From assembly GCA_054661495.1 (NCBI GenBank), contig BAAFSQ010000027.1, forward strand, positions 30,001 to 62,000: 32,000 nt of DNA. The letters run 5' to 3'. Origin of the DNA: Zygophlyctis sp. KS116. Taxonomy: Eukaryota > Fungi > Chytridiomycota. The notes below the pieces were generated by a model. The model was not told where the DNA came from, searched no databases, and was given only the letters and a program-made list of their open reading frames with translations. The translations under genes and the position numbers were made by a program. Below are positions 23,791 through 32,000 of the stretch, one piece after another. Every line of letters starts with the position of its first letter. The stretch's first letter is position 1.

Positions 23791-25521
23791 ATGAGATCAG
23801 TGATAGTTTTGATTGGTTTTATGATAATGCCATTGATAGCGATTCAATCGATGAATGCATTAAATGACATTGCATTCAGGGATGTTGTCTCCGTTTTTAA
23901 TTTCTTGCCAAAACAACAATTTAGCCAACTAAGATTAAAGATTTATGATATTCTAAAAAACAGACAATCTATAACTAGCAAAATTAACCCGAAATCAATA
24001 TATACAGAGGCTGCATCAATCGTATCAGAAATTCAAAATGCATATGCAAGTGTTGTATTTTTGTCACACAATCATCAGTTGCAGAAGCGTAGCGGGGGTG
24101 AGCAAGCTGATCCGTTAAGTTTAGATGAGAACACTGCAGATGAAAATGGAAGTGATCAGAATACTGCAGATGAAAATGATGGAGATCATGGTAAATACTT
24201 GATATTACTGAATCATAAGTTTCAAAGACCCCTGAACCAGAAAAAAATCCAAAATTAAACGATAAAAAGAATCGTAGAAAAACTTTTGAATTTTCTAGTC
24301 TGGATGAAATTTCAAAATATGCTAGATATTATGGATTTTTGAATATCTTCAATTTAACTGTTCCAGAGCTTCAAATTCTTTTAGATGTTATGGAAGGGAA
24401 TAAGAATCATGGTAAGTATTTGATTTAAAATCATATATTTAGAAAAGAATGTGGACGTTTTACGAGATATTGTCAAAGAGGCGTCTAAAAGTATTTTTTT
24501 GAAAATTATATTAATATTAGATCTTGAAGGCTCAAAAATCAAAAAATCAAGGGAACTATTAAAAGATTTGGATAATTTGAGTAATTTTCAAGGTAAAGAA
24601 AAGGACACAAAACTATTATCAATAATTAGAAAAATTTCTCTAATTATTCATCCAGATCATATAGCATCAGGACATGAACTATTTGTAAAGCAAAGGCCTA
24701 AATTGGAGAGTATGGCTTCAGATATTTTGGAACTAAGTGGAGATAAAATGCTGTTTTCTGGTCCATCCTATGATGAAATTATAAAAGCCGTTCAAACTTA
24801 TGAAAAAGGAGAAAAATGGTGGTTTTCTTCTTCTGATTCCCGAATTTGGAAAGGCTTTAGAGACAAGGCTAAAAAGTTTTTTAATGGGCCTTCATCAGAA
24901 GATATTGAAGCTGTTAAAAATGTTTTAGAATTGAAGAAAAAGGGAAAGGATGCTTCATATGACTATCAAATGACATATCTTAAAAAGAAATATGATGAAT
25001 TTATTGATTTGGCCTGGAATGAAATCACGAAACTTGATGATTATCTTTACGCAAAAGCATCTAATAATGCTAAAATATATAGAAACCCAAGATGGGTTGA
25101 ATTACAAAGGCTCTTGGAAGATCGATATGAAAATCTAATGTCTATTGCCGAACACGTTAATAAGAGATATGACAATGGAAAATCTAGTGGAGAATATGAT
25201 ACACAATTAAGACCTATGGAAGCTACAAAGTATATTACTCAAAAAACTGCTCCGCCTAAAATTATTGGAGGTATTCTCTTTTTGGCAGTTTTAGCCTGGT
25301 TGAAACACATGGCTCAAAATCACAGAATGAGACGATTGTCCAGCGACAAAAATTATAGATTTCAGGAGAATGACTATGATGATTTGACTCGAGTTGACTA
25401 TGATGATTTGCCTCCATTGCCTCGAAACAGAACTCAAACCAGAAGAAAACCTACTAAAACAAGACAAAAGAAAAAGAATCATCGTAGAGTGTCTTTTGAT
25501 GATGAATTGGAAAGTCTGTAG
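23791..25521 (+). CDS. Unknown secreted/membrane protein B, paralog of A, with a longer C-terminal tail (introns 24191-24219, 24412-24442 and probably 24491-24520)
   Basis: MRSVIVLIGFMIMPLIAIQS signal-like N-terminus, the same pro-region, LQKR, IRKISLIIHPDH, YRNPRWVELQRLLEDRYE.L and IIGGILFLAVLAWLK. Two intron positions correspond to those in A. Confidence 0.75.
23845..24058 (+). repeat. 214-bp direct repeat, copy 2 (pro-region of protein B)
   Basis: Matches 21153-21366 with 4 mismatches. Confidence 0.92.
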
Positions 25522-25628
25522 TCTCATTTATGGATCTACCTAGTTCTTTAATCGTTTTCTTCATAGTAGAATTATTAATAGGAAATTATATACTAAGACT
25601 TAAGTCTCAAATCAGTTGAGGGTTTCCG

Positions 25629-27136
25629 ATGAGTTTGGTTTTCTTGGAGATTGGACAATGCGGAATACAGATCGGACAATCGCTTGCTGAGGCTCTCGAG
25701 AAGGAGTATGTATTTTTGCACTCAATATAGAAACATATCACACAATCATTTAAATTATCCATTAAATAGCATTAAACAACTGGCCATTGATACAGAGTCC
25801 AAAGTAATAATATTTAATTGAATATCATTAGGCCTGGTCAAGGCGCAAACGGACAAAAAGTATGTTTCCAACTTCTGTTTTGACGCTGGACGGTTCGGGT
25901 AGAGGGAATAATTGGGCTCATGGATTCACGGAATCTGCCGGTATGGAAGAAATATCAGATGGATTTAGAAAGGTTGTAGAGCAAGATTCTAGGCTAGGAG
26001 GGACAATGATATTATCATCAGTAGGTATGCTTTACCGATCGCCGTACTTTCGCTCTATCAAACTTATACTATAGCTGGTGGAACCGGATCTGGTTTGGGC
26101 TCAAGGATCTTGGAAGAAATTTCTCAGGATTATCCTAAAAAAGTCATTTTAAATTGTCCGTAAGACTACCAAACAGTAATAAAAGGATTCTTCCGTTTGG
26201 TCAGGGTGAAACAGCACTCCAAAATTATAATGCTTTATTATCATTAACATGGATGCAGAGGTATGCTTGTAGTATTAATTTTAGATTTTCAGATATGATT
26301 AATATGTTTTGTAATGATCATGTCTTCCATACGGTCTCTAAGCAAAAGGAACTTATAGCAAATTCAAAAAATCCAAGCTCCATATCATTAATAGAGTTGA
26401 ATGAATATATTTCACTTGGTCTCACGGGGATGCTACTACCAATGCATTCTGTAAAGAGAAATGGGGAAAAGTTGTCTATTGGGTATTTAATCCTGAGTTA
26501 AAGATAGAGAAATGAATCCGTTCTCTGGATGGGATATTGTTCAAAGTGTGGCACCTATTCCTTCTTTTAAATTTGTTCATACTACATCTTCAAGACTGGT
26601 TTCAGGCTTGGAGAATTCAAAAAAGTATGTAACGTGTATTTTTAAAGATAGACTAGAATCACTGGCTAATTGGGATGATGTAACTACAAATCTATACAGG
26701 AACATGTTATTTGATATTCCTGGATATAAGCCTGCTCCTCTTTTTTCTCGTTTATATGCGCGGGGTGTACAGTCCCAAAAGTTTTATCAAGCTTCTCCTA
26801 TAATCATAAAGAAAATTGGAACGAGATGGGGGAATAGTTGTATGGGGCAACCGATTGATATTGTAAATTCTTTTGTACAAGGTATAACAAACTCGGATTG
26901 AAAACTTAGGTCTGGATACAAGATCACAAATGAAATCATTAACTTTAGTCACCAATTCTGATTTAGCATCCGTTACTCTAGACCACATAATTGAACGCGT
27001 TGAAGCTAAATTGGAAGTACGTGCCTATCTTCACTGGTATACCAGATATATTCCAGATATCAGAGAAGAAATGACTGAGGCACTCGAAGTACTCAAAACA
27101 GTGTCAAATGATTATAAGGACTTCACCAAAGTTTAA
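25629..27136 (+). CDS. Divergent tubulin of the delta/zeta class, more zeta-like; multi-exon
   Basis: MSLVFLEIGQCGIQIG, AIDTESK, GRGNNWAHG, SVAGGTGSGLGS (spliced), GETALQNYNALLSLTWMQR..D...FCND and AYLHWY. Confidence 0.8.
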
Positions 27137-27202
27137 ACATTTATTCAGACTATGTGCAATATGCACTGGAAATCTTAAATAGGCGCCAAGATTTGCCAAT
27201 TA

Positions 27203-29843
27203 CTATGACGTAATATTATACTGAACGATCATTTTTTCAACTTCTATAATATAAGCGAATTTTAAACATACTTGTTATTAGATGCTTCCCATAAGTGAAT
27301 TTTTTCAATGAAGACAAATGAGGTCTTATTTGTTCAATAAGAATGATTTTCTGCTGCATTTCAATCGCTTCAAGCATCTTTTGAATAACATAATTTCCAA
27401 ACTGATCTTTCATCATCGCTACCAAAGGTATTATACTAAAATCTATTAATATATAGTATTTACCCATCAGGTCGCATTGTTATGATTTCATCGAGCAATT
27501 CCTGGCGATCGTGTTTGGAGCCATGTAAAATGCATTTCTCCACAACATTTGAAGCAAATTTATGCTTGGAGTAATTCAAAACATTTCCTTTTACCCTGGA
27601 GACCACATATGCCCTATCCTTTGGATTGCCTCTTTCTATGACATGCTGAATCACATAATTTCCATACTGATCTTGAACTAAATTTGTAGAAACTCTGTGT
27701 AATTCTTCTAAGAGTGGGCCCTAGTATTTTAATTTTTAAAAGCTTATACCGTTTTATCCTCTGGACAATGTTCAAAAATTCTCTGGATAACACGACATCC
27801 ATAAGGATGCGTAGCCAAAGCAAATATCTGACCAGTGAATGCTTCAATTATAAAGTCGATTTTTTCGATAGATATACGCTCGATAGCCTTTTGAATGACA
27901 TGATTACCATTTTGATCTTTGATACATTTTAAAACATTTCCATTTAATTCATTAATTATTTCGGTTTGCTGTGATGAGCCAACGTGTTCTAACGCTTTTT
28001 GAACAACTCTGCATCCATACATTTGAAGAGAAAGGCTCAAAACATGACCTTCCATGCATTTAGCAAGAGCTTGCTTTTGATCCTGTGTCCCAAATTCAAA
28101 AAATTTCTGAATAACGTAATTTCCAAAAACATCAGTCATCAGGTCCAACACATGAGGAAGAATTTCATTGAATACAAGCTGCTTTTCTGATAAATTAGCA
28201 ACCTCAATCTTTTGTTGAATGAATCGTGACCCATGCTGATCACCACTAAATTCAACAATATTTCCCAAAATATCCTAATTGTTATAAAAAAATGATCTTA
28301 CGGTAAGCTCAAAGTTTTTGGTTTTGCTATTTCTAAATTCTTCTAAGAGGGCACTTCGAGTTTCACGGCCTTTATCTGGCTGAGGCGAAGACGGTCTGGG
28401 TGACCGAGAATTCTTATCCCTTAATGTTTGTCCAGGTCCAGGTCCCGGTCTCTGCTTCTCTTGTGATCCACGATAAGGAGATCTGAATCCCCCATAACGA
28501 TCATCCACAGGTACAGGATTAGCACCATTATCATATGGCCCTAATCTAGCCTGCGCACTCATTGGTCTTTCAAAAACAGGATTTGTCAGAGCAGCATTAT
28601 TTCCAAATCCAAGCTGCTGGAATTCATAATCCGCATACATATCCATCTCTAAAAATTATTTTTAAAATATAATACCCTTTGTATTCTTTGTAGTGTATCC
28701 ATTATAGTGTCTTGGACTTACAAATTGTGGACTGTTATTATTAAAGTTTGAGAATTTCGACTCATCCTACTACATCATTTTAAAAAACCTACATCTCTCA
28801 GGTCCAAATTCTTCAAAGCATAATTTATATCCGGCGCAGGAGACATCAAAGTCGACCTTGTAGGTGGAGTAGAATAAGCCCTAGGAGGAACATCCTTAAA
28901 TTCACTTTCCAAGAGCGCAGAACTTAATACTGAAGCAGCCATAACAGTACTATGATCATCATTTGCATCATTCCAATCTCCTCTTAAAATCTCCTCCTTA
29001 AACACCTGTTGTAGATCAGATGAAGGATGAGATGGTCTATTAAATGATAATAGAGGAGGAGACGCAGATCTTTCAAACCCATTAATTAAATCCACAAAAG
29101 GTTTTCTCTTTACCGAATAAGACGGATCACTTCTAGTTTGATTAATTGAAGAGACTGGAGAAGGAGCTAAAAGATCAGGAGGAGCATTTCTATTCCAAGG
29201 AGATCCTTGTCCTACCTTTGGAGGCGATCCCTCTTCCAAACTAAATCCTCTAATCTAAAATATTTAATCTTGTAAACCTTACTCTATCTTGAGAATTTCT
29301 AGACAATGGTCTTGTAAGATTATTATCCGCAGATCTTAAATAATCCAATCCATTCCCAAGTCCTGGAGGACCTTGAGACCCTTGTAAACCCGATAAATCC
29401 GCCTGAATTGGAAATTCCATCTGATTCTGACTAGGACTATTCTGACTAGAACTATTCTGAATATGATTACTAGACTGATTAGAAGTCGCCGACAATCCAG
29501 GAGGAGCCCAAACTTGCCAAGATTGCCCTGGAGAATACAGCGGAGGAGGAAGTCTAGAATCAAGTCTAGAATGCAAATGATAATATGCAGCATATTCTGG
29601 ATCCATTCTAGGATCAGAATCATCATGATCCTATTAATTTTTATAAAATTATAAAATTACCATCAATTGTACTGGAGGAGCCGATGTTGATCTTGACATA
29701 TCCTTATTATTATTAGAATCTCCAAAGTTTCTAGACATTAAAGCAGCCAACTAAAGTCAGATCTAAAGACTTACTTGTCCTTTTGGAGCTGCATTAGCTT
29801 TAGGTTGTATAACAGTTGGCAATGCATTATCTCTATTTTCCAT
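27203..29843 (-). CDS. Pumilio/PUF RNA-binding protein (PUM/Puf3 class) with 8 PUF repeats; multi-exon
   Basis: Recognition helices GSRFIQ, GNYVIQ, GCRVVQ, GNHVIQ, GCRVIQ, GNYVIQ, ASNVVE and GNYVIQ give the canonical UGUAnAUA code. The 5' end (ATG 29843) is less certain. Confidence 0.88.
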
Positions 29844-30228
29844 AATATAAATTCTAAAGTTGGGACAGTGCCTACGCAATTTGATCAGCGAAAAAAAACT
29901 TGACCTAAAGCCAACTGTCGTCACCCAAACACTCTAAAAAATTTCAAACCTAGACTTTATTAAATTACAAGTCCAGAACTTATTAGAGTAAACACAACTC
30001 CAAGAGACAGGAATACACCAGACAAGATTCCACTAGGAACTTCAAAATAAACCTTTTTAGAATGTAAACAACTAGAATTATTTTTTATAGATTTACTAAA
30101 TGTAAATACACGTGGTGAAAATCCCAAAAGTCAGAGAGAGAAATGAATTAAATTTATAGTCCTAGTTTTAAACTATTTTACAATATACATACAATAAGCA
30201 TTTTTCTTTAATTTAAAATTTTCGTGAT

Positions 30229-30366
30229 AAAAGTCTAAAGTCTATAAGAAAGTCTATAAGAAAGTCTAAAGCACTAAATAAAAAGTGAAAACTCTAGAGT
30301 AAAAAGTGAAAACTCTATAAGAAAGAGTAAAAAGTAAGAAAAAGTAAAAAGTAAAAAGTAAAAAGT
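30229..30366. repeat. Degenerate A-rich tandem repeat array (AAAGTCTATAAG, AAAAAGTGAAAACTCTA and AAAAAGT units)
   Basis: Directly visible nested short duplications ending a few bases before the ATG at 30374. Confidence 0.75.
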
Positions 30367-30373
30367 TTAGGAG

Positions 30374-31051
30374 ATGAAATTTCCAATTTTAATTTTGGAT
30401 TCTTTAGAAAATGTTTTTGTTTCAGATTCTTTTAAAAAGTTTTCAGGCCTGGAATATGAAATTTTGGGAATTTCTTCTTTTAAATCTAAATCTATAGTTT
30501 TAATAAAGGATTTGAATCAGTTTATTTTATCAAAGAATTTACAAGATTCTTGCAAGGAATTATACAAGATTTTAAAGGAAAATTCAAATATTATTCTACT
30601 TTTGCATACAGATTTAATACAAGCTTCAAAATTACAGATTATAGAGTTTTGTAAGGCTAAAGCTGGAACTATTCTGGAATATAGTCTTGGGAAAATGGTT
30701 TTAATTCAGAAAAAGAAGAATATCCAAGAGAAAGTTTATCAGGTTTTAGGATCAGAAATAACTCCTCTCTCTAGTTCTACTTCATATACTACTACAACTA
30801 CTACTACAAATACTGTCGTAAAAAATACAGTCGATTTGGAACCTCAAAAGACACATATTGCATCTTCAAACTCTCCACTACCAACTACAACAATGAATCT
30901 TTCAAGGTCGGAAAATGCAAGTGCTGCTAGAGAGGAATTAGTGCTTCCTCATACAAGAATAATCTCTCAAAATGAAACTAGTGGGCTTATCTACTATTCA
31001 CATGATTTATTAGATGCTTTAGATGATGAAGACGATGATTTAGATTTCTGA
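30374..31051 (+). CDS. ELP5: Elongator subunit Elp5/Iki1-like, divergent
   Basis: C-terminal TTMNLS.SE....AREELVLP...GLIYY...D.LDDEDDDLDF matches the conserved Elp5 tail (TFNL.LS....AR..LVLP...IYYEPD..DD.D.EDPDDDL). Confidence 0.68.
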   Translation: MKFPILILDSLENVFVSDSFKKFSGLEYEILGISSFKSKSIVLIKDLNQFILSKNLQDSCKELYKILKENSNIILLLHTDLIQASKLQIIEFCKAKAGTILEYSLGKMVLIQKKKNIQEKVYQVLGSEITPLSSSTSYTTTTTTTNTVVKNTVDLEPQKTHIASSNSPLPTTTMNLSRSENASAAREELVLPHTRIISQNETSGLIYYSHDLLDALDDEDDDLDF

Positions 31052-31417
31052 GATTTAAAAGATTTATGAGATTTAAAAGATTCAGGTTGTTTTTCATATG
31101 CATTCTTTTCACAAGAGTCATCGTCACAGTCATCTTCAGAGGATTCATCAAAAGAAGATTTGGGTTTATGATAAATACAACAGACTTTTTAATAAGATTA
31201 CAAGTAAATTACTCTTGGATTTCTTCTTATTCATGTATTCATTATCTACAGTGTCTTGAGACCATCTAACTCTAGGTCTGTCTTGTGATTCTAAAGATAA
31301 TGATCCAACAATAAAGGCAGAATTTGTTTCATTTGTAGTTGGGGTTTCATTAGAGTCTTGTAGAGTTACAGTAGTAGTGGTGCAAGGTTGATCTAAATTG
31401 TTGTTGAAAGTTTGCAT
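30994..31417 (-). CDS. YPI1: PP1 inhibitor-3 (Ypi1/PPP1R11), intron 31185-31212
   Basis: RVRWSQDTVDNEYMNKKKSK|ICCIYHKP..FDES...NAYEKQP. The first in-frame stop is TAG at 30994-30996. Confidence 0.9.
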
Positions 31418-31447
31418 CTTTTTCTAAAAAGTTTTTTTTTGTTATTG

Positions 31448-32000
31448 TTAGACAAGTTGTGCTTGCCGCGCCTTGATCTTATCCTTGACATTTTTCCCAG
31501 CCTCCTCATTCTCCTTGATGTCTCTAGTCTCTTTTATAGTATTGTCCAGAGACTGTAATCCAATTGTACTAGGAAACTGATGACATTCCAAATCCTTTAA
31601 AAGTAATTCATCCAATTCTCTTTCTACATCTTCCATATCCATTGAATCTTGAGAAAAATCTTGTATTGCATCCTGTACTTGCTGTACATTAGCCAAAGTA
31701 TCTGATAAATTATCCAAAGTATCTTGAACAGAGTCTATTGTCAATCCAGAATCCTTTAAAACCATTTCTAAAACTTTTGAACTAGAATCATATGCATTCA
31801 TTAATTCCTTGTCCATGTTTAGAGACTCTATTTTTAACAAGACTGTTTCTAAATTTGTCATACTTTCATGTCTTTTATCCAAGAGTGATTCTAAAACTTT
31901 TAAATGTTTTAGTGTTTGTAATGCTTGAATTTTCTTATTTTGAGCCATAAATCCCTTAATTTCCATTTTTAAAACTCTAGATTTTTCAAACATGTCTTGA
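31448..32000 (-). CDS. ESCRT-III Snf7-domain protein, CHMP7-like, 3' part; 5' end lies outside the window
   Basis: K.QALQ.LK..K.LE..L.KR.....NLE.VL.KIE....KELMNAY..SS.VL...L....LTIDSVQDTLD.L.D....Q.VQDAI...D.ED.E.ELDELL, the CHMP7-type Snf7 domain. Confidence 0.72.
   Translation of the reverse strand, partial: QDMFEKSRVLKMEIKGFMAQNKKIQALQTLKHLKVLESLLDKRHESMTNLETVLLKIESLNMDKELMNAYDSSSKVLEMVLKDSGLTIDSVQDTLDNLSDTLANVQQVQDAIQDFSQDSMDMEDVERELDELLLKDLECHQFPSTIGLQSLDNTIKETRDIKENEEAGKNVKDKIKARQAQLV

Noticed and set aside
21153-24058. 214-bp direct repeats as LTRs or composite transposon ends
   Set aside because: Both copies are in-frame coding parts of paralogous genes. There are no TG...CA ends, primer-binding site, reverse transcriptase, integrase or transposase.
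24124-24183. 30-nt tandem duplication (DENTADENGS/DQNTADENDG) and other coding microsatellites such as the GAT run near 8899-8920 and the ACT run near 30788-30807
   Set aside because: Ordinary slippage in low-complexity linker regions.
30229-30366. CRISPR array or telomeric repeat
   Set aside because: No constant repeat with unique spacers, no cas genes, a eukaryotic context, and units too heterogeneous for a telomere tract.

Overview
An AT-rich, extremely compact eukaryotic nuclear window, most consistent with a zoosporic (chytrid-type) fungus. Fungal markers are a PH-CRIB Cla4-type PAK and a Sog2-like LRR protein; flagellum-linked genes are a zeta/delta-class tubulin, RFX and a UBXN11-like gene; a Crinkler gene is also present. 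About 19 protein-coding genes are separated mostly by 4-120 bp spacers, and one convergent pair overlaps in coding sequence. Genes are broken by tiny GT-AG introns, mostly 24-32 nt, which explains the fragmented ORF track. The most unusual region is a ~4.5 kb candidate effector island (21.0-25.5 kb). It holds an intronless Crinkler nuclease between two paralogous, unrecognised genes, each with signal peptide, near-identical 214-bp pro-region, Kex2-type KR site, J-domain-like HPD motif and C-terminal membrane segment. Also notable is an ADCY10-like STAND protein whose cyclase catalytic residues are degenerate while its P-loop is intact. Its post-Walker-B motif is assembled from consecutive 4-nt and 6-nt microexons, and it carries an apparent in-frame TGA. 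All calls come from manual translation and recalled family motifs; no database searches were run.
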